Below the pieces are notes generated by a model. The model had not been told where the DNA came from. It saw only the letters and a list, made by a program, of their open reading frames with translations, and ran no database searches. A DNA stretch of 47,335 nt from Octopus bimaculoides (lineage: Eukaryota): NCBI RefSeq assembly GCF_001194135.2, contig NC_068998.1:7965808-8013142 (forward strand), in the 5' to 3' direction. The position numbers and the translations under genes are program-made. Below, in pieces: positions 24,240 to 39,329 of this stretch (position 1 is its first letter; each line of letters opens with the position of its first letter).

Positions 24240-27071
24240 TTATAATACAGAATAGAATCGCATTGTTTATTTCGCGTTTCGCGTTTGGCGTCAAGGCAAT
24301 CGTCAGTTAAATATAAATACGACTCGGTTTGCTGGTATATTTATATATTGTGATATGCTGGCAGTCTCTTGCATGTGTCTGTTCATTGGTTTGCTTTCTA
24401 TGCATGCTGATTGGTTGTTATAAATGAACCTATTCAGTATTGATTTCATTCTTCCTTTGTGACTTGGTGTTTATTTTCCTTGTAATTTTTCATTCACTGG
24501 TGTGATTTTATTATATTTTGTTGATTTATTTTTTCATGCCTAACGCTTATGGGCTTATATCTGTATACTGGACATATGTGCTTATATAATTGACGCAGTC
24601 TAAATTGGTTTTCCCCAATTTTGTTTTGGTATGAACCGTATTTTGTTTGTAAATACTTAAGTCATGGCAGGGCGTCTGTGTTTGCGTGATTAGGTTTTGT
24701 TCGAGTCAAATAATTTTTTAACACTCATTTGAATGCGTGTACGTGGAGGTGTTGAGAATGTAACAATAACTGTTAAACAAATTGAGGATGTATCTATCAA
24801 TGGAAACGTACAGGAGTGCCTAATATTGCAAACTGTATTTCATAGTTGAGTGGCTTTTAGTAATGGGTTACAGACTTTGATTTGGTCAAGACTGAATAAG
24901 ATATTTACGCTGTGAGTCGTTTGGAGTGCAGTACCATTTATTTAATTTGTCTGTTATACGTTTTGAATCCACCAAAATATATTCATATCTAAAGGAAAAG
25001 GATCATTCTTGTTCATCATAAAACTTCGTAAAGGGGAATTAAATCACATCAAAAATCAAACATTTAAGTATTAATTAATTGAAACATGAATGATGACCGA
25101 GAATTTCACACATTTAACTTTAAATTATCTACTTGCAGTACAGTTTCAAGTCATATCTTATACGGCCGAGTATTTTGAATATATAGACAGTGCCAATCTA
25201 TCGTTAGCATCTCAAGTTATGTTTTAAAAAACTTCCACGCTGGCTTCAGTTGCTAATTTTATAGATTTCTTGTATTCAATGCCATTTAGTCACACGTTAA
25301 TCTTGATTTCTCAAACCTATATTTAAACACGTACAATCACTTACGAACATACTTTTATTCGGACTTACTATATATTTGGTGTTGTAATATCTAACGTGTT
25401 CTTCATTTCGCCCTGTATACGTCCAGACAGAATTGGCTGCTATTTATAGCAGGAAGAGCGGCGACGTATAGGCTGGCGAGGTGGCTCGTTTTAGTTAGAT
25501 GTCCTTCTGGATTGGCTACATGGCAATCCTAAATGAGTAAGCCTATGACCCAAAGCCTTCGGAGCGTAGCCATCCTGCTGCATCCCAGTGTGCAGTGTAC
25601 ACAGGACTACCTGGTGTATGTTTCTTTTTTTTTTGTGTGTGGGAGAATATAATTTGAAATGAATATTGCTAACTCTAGTAGATTAACCCTTCGTAGAGAG
25701 GCAATGATTTTAGTTATTGCAGTATGTCCTTAATAGAAAAGATACTAATTTCCGAAACAAGCGAACGAGTTTGTACATGGTAAACATAGCAGACATATCT
25801 TCATCTCATGAGGACGAAACTTCTGTAAAGAAAAAAAAGAAGAAATATATTTTTTAGAAACTCATCCACTCACCACATATTCCTGGTTAGAAAAACTTCG
25901 ATTATAATCTGGTCGATCTGGGTTGATCTGCAGCTGAATATAACAACAGCATAAAGAACTACAACAATAACAGAAAGAGCAACATATGGCCTTCCGTCCA
26001 CTCAACTTGTAATATATATTATTATCACAATTAACCCCATAATATTATTGCATCTATGAAATATTGATGTCACAAATATGGCTGTTGCCTAACGGTAGTC
26101 TCTAATATTAGAAAAAGGTGGATTATTTAAGGTGCGGAATACCGTAATAGCGGTCAACCTTATAAATTTCCTAGCAAAGCAATTATTTCTTTGAAACTAG
26201 AACGATAGAAAGAAAGAATGTATAGAATAAGAAATATCGAACCCACAGTGATTTGGGCATGGAACCGAAAGGCGCATATTTTGAGAGGATGTATCGCCCA
26301 GCACTCGAACGATTCAGCTAATCTGTAGATCATTTCCTCTGAAATAAATAATAAGAGTCATGCTATGAATATCAAAATCAATTGTTTGATGTTTACGTTC
26401 AGAAATTTGTTAGATTTTCACAAGAAGAAAGTTACTGAGCCGTAGATGAATCAAATCAAACCATATAAAGCATATACCTGTGGTTTTCCTTTGAGGTATA
26501 TTTAAAGGGAGCAGAAGTATCAGGAAGAAAGGAGGCAACTAGTTTATGATTATGGCGTGACAGTAATCTGATTCTATAACGCTTCAAACGCTAGCTTCAT
26601 AGCCTTGAGTCAAATCACAACGATAATTATCAACGATCGCTTTCACTGATGGAAACTTTTCAACTGCTATCGGGTAAAGAAAGGTGACTGAAATCACATT
26701 GGAAAACGATTAAAGGCCGAATCTAGTCATGTAAATAGGTAAGTGAGGAAAATACGCGATCGATCTGAAGATATACTAATAAGTCATTCATTTGATAGGA
26801 CGTTTTAAATTTGATTTATATGACTGTATGATTTGATAAAAACTAAAACAGTATTTTGAGTTCAAATCCACCTGCAGTGAATCGTTTACGTTTATGTTTT
26901 ATCTTTGGAAGCTCAATACAGTACAGTAAGTATTTGTAACATATTTATATCTGCTGGATCGAATTTACACATATGCGTGAAATATCAATGGGGAAAATGA
27001 ATAGAAACACTGTAAATCTTGATTGAGCAGTGGCGTTATGAGAACACTACCAATATAGCCATGGTGTTTAG

Positions 27072-27193
27072 TCTTACATCAGACCCGACAATTCACATAT
27101 GTGACGAAAAATATTCCAGCCATGACGATTGAAGTTGTTCGGTATATGTGGGTGCATATTCTTAATTCTAAACGGTCTAATTTTAAGACGTCT
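27072..27193 (+). CDS. Weak candidate exon (V)LHQTRQFTYVTKNIPAMTIEVVRYMWVHILNSKRSNFKTS
   Basis: Acceptor GTGTTTAG and donor TCT/GTGAGT, phase 1>0. The other two frames contain TGA. Confidence 0.3.
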
Positions 27194-27415
27194 GTGAGTG
27201 TTATGCGGAAGATTTCTTTGATATACCAAACAGCTTATGCGACCGCACGTACAAACAAACGCGCACACACACACATGCACACATAGATAAATAGACAGGC
27301 AGACAGACAGACAGACAGAATAATATTCTGGGCTACGATTATAGCCTCACCTTCCACCGAATTCATATATATATTTATATATATATATATATATATACGT
27401 ATGTATGTATGTATG

Positions 27416-27446
<31 letters not shown>

Positions 27447-28392
27447 NNNNNNNNNNNNNNNNNNNNNNNNNNNNNNNNNNNNNNNNNNNNNNNNNNNNNN
27501 NNNNNNNATTTAGTTTTATTTCTACCCTTACATATATATATAATAAAGATTCTAGTAGACAAAATCACATCTTTCTTGTAGAATTCACCTAATGAAGCCG
27601 ATAAATTTGCTTACTTTCTTATTTTTTATTTATCCATTGACGTCACAAATAGCTGAAAACAAAAATGTCTCAGATTATGTTTCTTCTCATTGTTCTTTTG
27701 TCGGCGTTCGTGTACTGGAAATATTTCCTGAGTTCACTTTTAATTCGCCTTGAAAACGTTGAGTTAACATGTATCTTCGGAAATATTTATTTCAATGATG
27801 TTTTTTTAAATATCTAAATTAGTTAATATTATAAGATAGCTTCTACAGTAAAGATGCAATTTTCTCTATACGTATTTTTGTGGTTTAATACTCTAAGTTT
27901 CTAGAAATTCTTCTAAATGATATTTGGATCCACTAGTCATATATGAGCATTCTCTTTGCATTTGGATTCTAAATTCATTTGCTGGTTGAGAACAGTTAAC
28001 CAATTTCCTTCAATACTTAAAAAAATCCCCGTTTCTCTTTATACACACACATATATATATATAAAGTGTAACTGCCCGAAACAGTAAGGACTTTTGGTAA
28101 CTTGACTGAGGAATGAAGGCTATGAATGACCCGTCTTTTCTCCCTGTTCTTTTAATTGTTGTTTCTCCTGTCTGCCTTTGTGTCGTCTAACTGTCTTAAT
28201 GCGTTACTGTCCTCTATTGCGTCTACGTTCCATTTACGTATGAACATATTACATTATATTTTATTATATACATGTATACGTTTATGCATTTCTTTTGTAA
28301 ATTCCAAATGTGAAATCGTGTGTAGAAAGAGATATCGTTATATTTGAAAGTGGTCGTATTTTTCTCAGTATCTTTTTGATCTTCATGTCAGC

Positions 28393-28498
28393 CTTCTTCT
28401 TCTTCTTCTTCTTCTTCTTCTTCTTCTTCTTCTTCTTCTTCTTCTTCTTCTTCTTCTTCTTCTTCTTCTTCTTCTTCTTCTTCTTCTTCTTCTTCTTC
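28393..28498. repeat. (CTT)~35 microsatellite
   Basis: Read directly. Confidence 0.95.
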
Positions 28499-29992
28499 CT
28501 CTTCTATATAATATATATANNNNNNNNNNNNNNNNNNNNNNNNNNNNNNNNNNNNNNNNNNNNNNNNNNNNNNNNNNNNNNNNNNNNNNNNNNNNNNNNN
28601 NNNNNNNNNNNNNNNNNNNNNNNNNNNNNNNNNNNNNNNNNNNNNNNNNNNNNNNNNNNNNNNNNNNNNNNNNNNNNNNNNNNNNNNNNNNNNNNNNNNN
28701 NNNNNNNNNNNNNNNNNNNNNNNNNNNNNNNNNNNNNNNNNNNNNNNNNNNNNNNNNNNNNNNNNNNNNNNNNNNNNNNNNNNNNNNNNNNNNNNNNNNN
28801 NNNNNNNNNNNNNNNNNNNNNNNNNNNNNNNNNNNNNNNNNNNNNNNNNNNNNNNTATATATATATATATATATGTATATGTATATGTATGTGTATATAT
28901 GTATGTATTGATATGTGTGTGTATGGGTGAGTGTGCGCGTATGTATGTGCGTATGTATACAACATCACCATGCAAGGTTCTTGCATCTATAGAGGCAGAG
29001 ATAGATGCTCTGTCGTATCGTAAGATATATTTTATAACACTAATTTTAAACCATGCAGTAACCATTCCGCATCAGATGCACCTACATCCGATTTGTTCCG
29101 GATAGTCCGAGAGACAGACAGAAAGGAAATGAATGAGTAATCGTGGAAATAACCAGAATGTATATATTACCTGCTAATCACTTACAAAGATTTCTCGCAA
29201 ATGACAAGTAAAAAGAAAACAAAAAAGAACAGCTTTCTGTGAAATTAAGTCTTTATATTCTAAAAATCACGTGGCCTAATTGTTGAGAGTTGCTGACAAT
29301 TACTTGTAGATGTCTACTTCCTTTTCGAGTCTAAGAGGCAAATTGCAATTCAGTGACACCGTTCTCTGTTCGCCAGTCAGTACAACTCCACCTATCGGAA
29401 TTATATGAATGATTCATTAATTTACCCTACTCGCAATCTATATTTATTCACAGCCGAATTTATGGTAGACATACTTATATCAAATATATTTCTATGTAGA
29501 TATGAGTGTGTGCGTTATGTTTGAGAGAGAGTGATAGACAGCGAGAGAGAGAGAGAGTGTGTATATCACAGAAACACATGCATACTTATCGCTATATAAA
29601 CAGATTGTACGCACGTATGTACGCACACATACGTGCGCAAGCATGGCACATGCATACATACATACATACATATATATATATACATACATATATATATATA
29701 CATANNNNNNNNNNNNNNNNNNNNNNNNNNNNNNNNNNNNNNNNNNNNNNNNNNNNNNNNNNNNNNNNNNNNNNNNNNNNNNNNNNNNNNNNNNNNNNNN
29801 NNNNNNNNNNNNNNNNNNNNNNNNNNNNNNNNNNNNNNNNNNNNNNNNNNNNNNNNNNNNNNNNNNNNNNNNNNNNNNNNNNNNNNNNNNNNNNNNNNNN
29901 NNNNNNNNNNNNNNNNNNNNNNNNNNNNNNNNNNNNNNNNNNNNNNNNNNNNNNNNNNNNNNNNNNNNNNNNNNNNNNNNNNNNNNNNNNNN

Positions 29993-30035
<43 letters not shown>

Positions 30036-32639
30036 GGTTGCCCGCGAAACTTGGTCACAGTCGAATCCAATTAAGCCGCTGTATAGACAATAATGGAACA
30101 TAACAAATAAAGCTGTATGTGCTCTAAGAGCATATACATAGAAAAGAAAAAAAAGTAAAGTTTGCTAATTTATCTGATAAGTCAATCAAAAATAAAAATG
30201 TGCAAAAGAGAAAAAGAGAAAAGTCAATACTTCGATGCTTTGTTGCTGTTCCATATTCTTCATCCAATCCCAAATAAACGTTAAAAAAGTACAAGAAAAA
30301 TGCAATAAAGAAAATGGTAAGAATCTAACCAATCACATTTCAGTGAACTAACAGCAGCATTGCTTCAATAATTGTTGAACATCTTTAATTGCTACAAGTT
30401 TCCAAGACACAAATATCGTTATATATTTGCTGAAATTAAGTCTTAAGTTACCGAAATCTATCAGTCGAAATATAATTGATTAAATAAATAAAAAAAAAAT
30501 GTCTACAGTATCTGATATTATGGAAAGCAATTTTGTTCCTGTTTATTGGTTTCTTTGAAGATAAATTCACGTAAAAATTTCTCACTTGTGTTCGACAGCA
30601 TGTGGAAAGAGAAATATTTCTTTGATTCGACATTTTTTTTTATCTTTTTGTACTGTCTTTCTTTTTTTAACTCGTTAAATCTCGTAAGGAAAGTTCTTTC
30701 TTTCGTTCTCCATATTTTTCATTCTCTTTTACTTTCCAGTCCTAATTTGTTTTTCACCTTATTCATACGTAAAGGCAAATGGCTTACAGGGTTTATTAGA
30801 AAGAAACAGAACGCCGCCAAATAAAGGAAAATTGAAAAAAAAAGAGAAAACAAATAAATAAGCAAATCAATAACAGCGAAGAGAATTAACAAAAACAAAT
30901 CAAATAGAATTCCTACCGAAATAAATGTGTAAAGTTGGGTAAAAACCCGTTCTTCACTGCCTTCCAGATCATTTAACAATCACATGTTAAATATCAATTC
31001 TAGAAACACATGGGAAACATTTCACACCACCTCAACGTCACCATCACCACCACTATCACTGCCACCTATATCGGTAAAAACCATCACAACCACCACGACC
31101 ACCACCACCATCAGCAATACCATCTCCAACTCCAACTCAACCATTTATTCATCTATCCATTTACATCAATCAATAAACTAAGGAAATGAAACCAATATGG
31201 CATTTGAACTCATACAATATCAAACACCTCAGGCACTTTGCTATTGACCACTGTAAAAGTACTTCAAATTATTTTAGATGTGACAAGCTAAATGTACGTT
31301 GAGTTCGTTTACGGTTTTGATCACATCAAATACATTTATCCATTAATATCTAAACAACGTATCTTCCTAAAAGACTTTGAACACTTTCGGTTAGCGTAAA
31401 GGAAAGTGTTAAATATTTTGTGAGAACCTCATAGATTTGCACAAATTAATTTTCCACACTAAAAAGATTTTTAAGNNNNNNNNNNNNNNNNNNNNNNNNN
31501 NNNNNNNNNNNNNNNNNNNNNNNNNNNNNNNNNNNNNNNNNNNNNNNNNNNNNNNNNNNNNNNNNNNNNNNNNNNNNNNNNNNNNNNNNNNNNNNNNNNN
31601 NNNNNNNNNNNNNNNNNNNNNNNNNNNNNNNNNNNNNNNNNNNNNNNNNNNNNNNNNNNNNNNNNNNNNNNNNNNNNNNNNNNNNNNNNNNNNNNNNNNN
31701 NNNNNNNNNNNNNNNNNNNNNNNNNNNNNNNNNNNNNNNNNNNNNNNNNNNNNNNNNNNNNNNNNNNNNNNNNNNNNNNNNNNNNNNNNNNNNNNNNNNN
31801 NNNNNNNNNNNNNNNNNNNNNNNNNNNNNNNNNNNNNNNNNNNNNNNNNNNNNNNNNNNNNNNNNNNNNNNNNNNNNNNNNNNNNNNNNNNNNNNNNNNN
31901 NNNNNNNNNNNNNNNNNNNNNNNNNATATATATGTATGTATATGTGTGTGTTGCAGCCATAATTTTGTCACCTCTGATTCAATATTATTAGGAAATGTTC
32001 GATTCGATTGGAAATCACGATAAATTGATTTCTTCAGTAGTATTAGTTTGTGAAGTTTTTCCTTTAATTTGGTTGGTTTTCAGTATTATTGTTAATCAGC
32101 TTTAAGTAAACCTTTAATATAAGGAATATTACCGATGTTTTCCAGCCGTGACCATACAGCCTTTTGCGTATATCTGGGAAACAGTATCCAATGTGTTTCC
32201 CTTTAATAGAAATTAAAATATAATATGAAGGAAACTTATTGCTACTTCTAGAAGGCTCAGGAACGACTTAGGAGCAAGCACTCCATTTAGCTCGAATCCG
32301 TAACTAATAGTGTATACTGCTTCTTACTTGCTTAGTAGCTGAGCCGTTCCATTCATGTAAAGAGTATTCTCACAACGGTTATTTAAGAGCCTGGTAGGAA
32401 CGTCGTGTAATTTCAGTATTGAATTTCCTGTCGAGTTTTAAGTAAAACGAGTAAATGTTTACTAAATCAGCCAAGACAGAGACCAATGTATTTCGGTTAA
32501 TGATACACTTTAATGACTGAGAGAATGTTTATACAACTTAGATTTAGAAAACTACCTTCCCCATGGAGTTTTGTCAAGATACGTGAAGTAGGAAAACGGC
32601 TCTAGTTGTATGAAAGTTATTATCGTATTACGTGAAGGG

Positions 32640-32676
<37 letters not shown>

Positions 32677-32850
32677 GTATTTGGTCACATATAATATGTA
32701 GGTGTATTTCCAAGCAATGTCACAAAAGTTGAACCAGAGTCATATGATGCGTTACTTAATGCATTTTGTATATGTGCTGCTGAAACAGAGATGCACTCAA
32801 TATTCCTGTGAGCCGTTTAAAGCATAACATAGTATATCATGTAATAAATG

Positions 32851-33070
32851 TACGTTGGGGCTGCTGAATAGTTCCTGGCTTTGGGTAAAATAAAATACAG
32901 GAGGATCGGTTCATTATGATTTCATCCACCATATTCCCCTCTCAGATTCATACACTCGTTGCAGTGTTCCCTCATTGTTTTGTAAGCCCTGTAACAGAAC
33001 TCGGGAGTTTGATCCTCCAGCCAGGCCTTTCGAGGTCCTTGTAAAACCAGAAATGTTCGGCACGAACGCT
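32851..33070 (+). mobile_element. Mariner-type MITE (diverged)
   Basis: Starts TACGTTGGGGCTGCTGAATAGTTCCTGGCTTT and shares CTTTGGGTAAA.TAAAATACA and CCAGGCCTTTCG with the 44031 copy. There is a degenerate inverted end AAAACCAGAAATGTTCGGCAC at 33043-33063. Confidence 0.65.
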
Positions 33071-34164
33071 TACATTTTAGAAATATATAAATAACAGATG
33101 AAGAAATGGTTTGTGTGTAGGCATTGTATATGACTATGAAATTTGCTAATGTACTTGTAGTGTATTTATAGATATGAAATATACATAAATATACACTGAC
33201 ATGTAGATAGCAATTGATTGAAATTCGTTTATCTCTAACGATATGCAAAATAGATCGGAAAATTATAATGTTTCTCCTACCCATTATTCTGGTTAAATAC
33301 AAAGTAAACAAACTTCAGAGTGTTTTGTAAAACAGATATTTCAATTCAGTTCCTGTATATGAGTGAGAGAGAGAAAGTGAGGGAGAGATTGTGTGTGTAT
33401 GAGAGAGAGAGAGAGAGAGCAAGAGTTGCGTCCTATAACATTATCTATTATTCACAAACCAACAAGGGAACTTGTTGATTTATCTGTTCCAAATAGCATT
33501 GAATTCTCTTTTAAATCATATCCTGCCATCTAACAAAAAAACATGTTGAACCATATATCATTGTTGGAGTGTATCTACAAACGAAGACAGGATAACTATG
33601 CTGTGAATTCATATCAATACTCATATATCTTCTGACTTAGGTCTACAGAAGTTGTATTTGTACTTTAGTTTCATATCTGAATCAATCAAGAAGTAACTAT
33701 GTCTTTCCTCCCAGTTTCAATCAGGTGCGATGAATTTTGTTCTCAGTATATACTAATTAATTCATTCGATTCAGTTTACTGTCTTACACGTTGAAAACCT
33801 GGTACCAAGAAATGGAAGTCCTTATTCTTTAAGCATGGGGTTATATTTGGGAACCCTTTATAGGTGTACCTTCCATTTCAGAGAATAACTATTGCATTAT
33901 TCTATTAGGTAGTCAGATGTCAAAACACTTAATGTGCCAACTAAATTGTAACTGCATTGGCAGTGAAGTATGGATGAATGGTTTGGCGCAGAAGATATTT
34001 TTCTGGCAGAAACAGATTTAGTGTTCCATTAACGGTACGATGCATTTCTTGCGTAATAATATTCTATTGCATCAATTCCTTCTTCAAGAAACTATGAGAG
34101 AATTCCAATAGAACAATACAATCCAAAAGAAATGCTAAGCCATGGGCCGTTATACAGCTCAGAT

Positions 34165-34233
34165 GGATTGATCCCAAAACCATGTGGCTCGGAAGTAACG
34201 AAGCTTTTAACCACACAGCCACTTCTGAGCTTA
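34165..34233 (-). mobile_element. SINE family B, 5' head
   Basis: Contains ACCATGTGGCTCGGAAG...GCTTTTAACCACACAGCCACTTCTGAGCTTA. Confidence 0.6.
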
Positions 34234-35379
34234 CGAAGGCAAAGCACATCTGCATATGTCAGATTTTACGTATTCCAATTGTCTTTTGTTTTTATTCTGA
34301 AACCATTTAAAGTAAAGATCGTTGTTTTGTTTTTTTTTAATCTTTAGCCGACACAACTTCCATTGAAGCAGCTTGATAGTGACTCAGTGATCGTTATTGC
34401 TGTTTGTCGTGATTTGGAGTGGCTTAAAGAATGTCGAAAGTAGTAAAATAATGTTAGTCACAAGTGTTTGCCAGTTTTTAAAAAGAGTGTATTTAAGACT
34501 GAGCCGCTCTACTTACATATGATGTATACTTTCTTATTCAACTCGTTCCTCTATCTGAGCCATACCCTTGAGATGTTGTGGAGATACCGGGAGGGCTATA
34601 TACATCCATGGATATCCAATGATTGATATAATGTGTACGATAGCCATAATATGTAAATCCAGGTGATAGACTGATCCTTTCTTCAGTCTGAAATTAAAAC
34701 CTCTTGTTAATTTTGTTTTTTGTTTTTATGTGAGTTTTTGGTTTTCTATTGTTAAAATGGAAACTTGAGCGCTTGAGATGTTATGATTGATGAAAAATAG
34801 TAATGAAAGACTGAGACCAAGGCAGAAGGATATAACAACTGCTCCAGCTGAAAATTTGTATAAAGGGAGCCGTACCAAGTGTAACATTTGATGGTAGTAT
34901 TAATGGTTCCACTGTAAAAGTAAATATGGCAGGCAAGGAATTTACCGTTTCCTTTTTCACCGTTTTCCGTCCGTAAATATCTGATTCACCGGATTCTTTC
35001 AGTTAGTATATAGCAATTGAATTACAAATCACTCACCATCCATCACATCGCATTTCAATAACAAAGCAATCAATTTCAAATTCATGAGCTGATGAATTTA
35101 ATGTCCGATATCTCGAGCTCTCTCTTCCACGTTTTCGCACTGAAATCTCAATAGGGTCATGTTTTCATATCTTTATTAACATTTATGAAAATTTATGAAA
35201 ATCAGCTCGTGGTTAGGGAATCAAAAGGTAAAGTAGGGGACCTCAGATTTAGAATAACTCGGTATGAAACCACATACAATATCTCTTTAGCATGGATATG
35301 TTATTGTTCTGAAAACACATTGTATATCGAATATACACTATATAAGATACACTTACCTATATACACGCATACACATATG

Positions 35380-35410
<31 letters not shown>

Positions 35411-35415
<5 letters not shown>

Positions 35416-35508
35416 CAGACGGACAGAGAGATAGATAGAAAGATAGATAGATAGATAGATAGCTAGATAGCTAGCTAGCTAGCTAGCTAGATAGATAGAT
35501 AGATAGAT
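35411..35508. repeat. Compound tetranucleotide microsatellite (GACA/GATA/GCTA) with (CTAG)5 core at 35471-35490
   Basis: Read directly. Confidence 0.9.
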
Positions 35509-35765
35509 ATGCGTATGGAGGTACTGAAGAATTTTAGACATTAGTTGCTTCTCCTGCTGAGAGGCCCTTCGTTGCATAATTGAAATACTGGAGAAATTTT
35601 GACAAATGCCGACGACACTTCATGTATATTGCATATCAATGTATACCCATGTCTACGGATAATTATTCGATGGAATATTTCATGAAACTCAATCAAGGCT
35701 GAAGCCGATAGAATGCGCTATTCATTCTGGACTTGATGAAATGAATATCAGAAGAAATACCAATT

Positions 35766-35813
<48 letters not shown>

Positions 35814-37784
35814 CATGTATATATATATATATATATATACATACATATGTGCGAGAGTACGTATGTGATTGTGTGTATGTGTGTATATATGCGGATATAT
35901 ATGTATATATGAATGTCGTTTGTGTATGTATATAATATATAGAGATCGATTGGCAATATCCTCCCATATTAGAGAAGGGTTCCGTAATGAACAAATAAAT
36001 CACTTTTGTAATTGTAAATACGCATCATATGTTGGAGCAAGCAACGCAACATCACAAGTCTAATAATGATAGCCTGTTGTTGGACATTTATCAATAAATT
36101 AGGGACGATGATTAAGTTATCTATAGCTTCTTAGAGAGAAATATAATTTCCGACACACATTTTCACTATCTATCTGCTTACCGTCTGATACGAATATAAT
36201 TTCATAAATACAATATAATAACATTTACACAAATGACAAGCTTGGTTCGAGAAAAATACTCAAATTATCGATATATAGAGATGTATGAAGTGTTTGGGAA
36301 CAGGGTTTGGTGATTACTTATTCAAGTGAAAAACTAAAAGTTCACACTTGCTTTAGCTAAATCAATTATATTATAAATAAGAATAGAAATGTCTAGAAAA
36401 ATTATATCGACGGTATGAGGCTAAACTTAAACTATTTCATATATCTCTATACGTTCAGATGTATAAAGATATATGCATATATATATATATATATATATAT
36501 ANNNNNNNNNNNNNNNNNNNNNNNNNNNNNNNNNNNNNNNNNNNNNNNNNNNNNNNNNNNNNNNNNNNNNNNNNNNNNNNNNNNNNNNNNNNNNNNNNNN
36601 NNNNNNNNNNNNNNNNNNNNNNNNNNNNNNNNNNNNNNNNNNNNNNNNNNNNNNNNNNNNNNNNNNNNNNNNNNNNNNNNNNNNNNNNNNNNNNNNNNNN
36701 NNNNNNNNNNNNNNNNNNNNNNNNNNNNNNNNNNNNNNNNNNNNNNNNNNNNNNNNNNNNNNNNNNNNNNNNNNNNNNNNNNNNNNNNNNNNNNNNNNNN
36801 NNNNNNNNNNNNNNNNNNNNNNNNNNNNNNNNNNNNNNNNNNNNNNNNNNNNNNNNNNNNNNNNNNNNNNNNNNNNNNNNNNNNNNNNNNNNNNNNNNNN
36901 NNNNNNNNNNNNNNNNNNNNNNNNNNNNNNNNNNNNNNNNNNNNNNNNNNNNNNNNNNNNNNNNNNNNNNNNNNNNNNNNNNNNNNNNNNNNNNNNNNNN
37001 NNNNNNNNNNNNNNNNNNNNNNNNNNNNNNNNNNNNNNNNNNNNNNNNNNNNNNNNNNNNNNNNNNNNNNNNNNNNNNNNNNNNNNNNNNNNNNNNNNNN
37101 NNNNNNNNNNNNNNNNNNNNNNNNNNNNNNNNNNNNNNNNNNNNNNNNNNNNNNNNNNNNNNNNNNNNNNNNNNNNNNNNNNNNNNNNNNNNNNNNNNNN
37201 NNNNNNNNNNNNNNNNNNNNNNNNNNNNNNNNNNNNNNNNNNNNNNNNNNNNNNNNNNNNNNNNNNNNNNNNNNNNNNNNNNNNNNNNNNNNNNNNNNNN
37301 NNNNNNNNNNNNNNNNNNNNNNNNNNNNNNNNNNNNNNNNNNNNNNNNNNNNNNNNNNNNNNNNNNNNNNATATATATATATATATATATATATATACAT
37401 GTGTGTGTGTGTGTGTATTTATGTATGTACATATATGTATATATTATAATGAAAGAATGAACAATGAAGAAGCAAATTATGGTATTATTTTACAGCATGT
37501 AATTTATAATTCAAACATAATTGCAGAGTAAGAAATTAGACATTAAGAAATAATGCATACAGTATCTTACAGTCATTTCCATAATAGCTGTGCATATGGT
37601 GTATCATTCAGCGAATATTTCCAATTAACCCAACTATACCGTCTTGAGAAACGAAAAATTATGGAATATCCTTAATAAGGGATATTAGTATTTACCAACT
37701 CCATGATATATATTTTACTATATACCAGCGCAATTTAGGAACTAATATGTACTGATTTATTACAAAGCTAATGCGTTTTAGCAG

Positions 37785-37890
37785 GCTCAGTCTCATCTCT
37801 CTATGATATCGGCTACTGAAGGCGATACAAAACGGCCACAAATGCGTTTGTATGTTGTTTTCAACAGAGGGCGCTTTGAGCTGGAAAAAA
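37785..37890 (+). CDS. Weak candidate exon [35 protein letters not shown]
   Basis: Acceptor GCGTTTTAGCAG; only phase 0 is open. The donor is uncertain: TT/GTATGT at 37849 or a weak A/GTTATA at 37890, the latter in phase with 38500. Confidence 0.3.
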
Positions 37891-37931
37891 GTTATACATA
37901 CTTGGAAACAGATATACATACGTACATACAT

Positions 37932-37991
<60 letters not shown>

Positions 37992-38045
37992 ACACACACA
38001 TATATATATATATAAAATGTATATATATTCATGTAAATACATGCA

Positions 38046-38089
<44 letters not shown>

Positions 38090-38499
38090 TGCATGCGAAA
38101 TATCTTACAACACCCGTAATTTAAATATTCAACACGTCTGCTGATATCACTAAACAATAATTCATAGGTAACTGTCAGGTACATTCGCCGTTTACCTGTA
38201 GCAGCTACCGATCTTGTTACTATTGCCATGATCTTTATTATTTCTGTTGTTGTTGTTTATCGCTCGACATTGAATAGGACCATTAATTAAACTGATAAAT
38301 TTCTGCAATATAAATCTACCAACTCAATGATTATATTTCGTTCTAGGTAATTATCATAATCTCCCTAATTATTTGGTTTTATATCCTCAACATATGTGGA
38401 GTACAGATAAAGATACCATACCAATTAAAGGATTGCTTTCGGATGAAACTCCAACATAGCAGTGAATCAGTTCTATATACGTCTATAATTCTGTATTAG

Positions 38500-38615
38500 C
38501 AAAATGTTTCACTTTGTATCAACACAATTCTTATGCAACTTGGTCGAAATGGTCCTTGCAAAATGATCCTTCCACCTTGGTGGAAATAATCCTTGAAACA
38601 CGCGAACTAGTAGAA
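38500..38615 (+). CDS. Candidate exon KCFTLYQHNSYATWSKWSLQNDPSTLVEIILETRELVE
   Basis: Acceptor TTCTGTATTAG and consensus donor GAA/GTAAGT. 116 nt; only the phase-1 frame is open throughout. Confidence 0.5.
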
Positions 38616-39329
38616 GTAAGTATATGGCAGTCCATTTTGGTGAGATATGCACTGTAAATTATTTGAGTTTTTCATTTATTTCCACTTGGCTGCTAACTCC
38701 TTACTTTCTCAAGACAATTATATTCGTCTATCAGATTTCTGCTTTGTTATGGCAATTGAAATTTGCCTTTCTTTATATTACAAAATTAGAACTGAAAGGT
38801 TATAGATGTAGGTTTTATTTTTGTCATTTGTCCTTTATAATCTGACCTGTTCATTGCTATTTCTGCAAGAAAAGCTTACTTTTCTTCATTGTGAATATAT
38901 GAATTTCTTTGTGAATATATGACTTCTATTGTGTGCTTCACGCATGTCATTTTAATTTTTAGCCAAACGATACATATACTTGAGACATTATGGCGGTTAA
39001 CGGAATACTTCACAGTACTTACCCTGGCACTACACCCCGAGATTTACCCTCCATTAAAATGAGCCTCTTCTTTCCTTGTGTTTGTTCCCTATTTTTGGAG
39101 TTGAAAGAAGAAATCCGTCTAGACTAATATATCAGTTGTATTGTGAAAGATATTCTGCCACCTCTTAACGCGCCCAACTTATCAGCTACATCTTTTTCAA
39201 CTAAGTTGTGACGATATTTTTTTGTTTCAAAATAGGAATCGCATACTCCATTCGAAAAAATAATTGCTTACACCAGTATATCCACAATTGATAAAGGACA
39301 CCAGTTGTTATATATAATACCGATAACGC

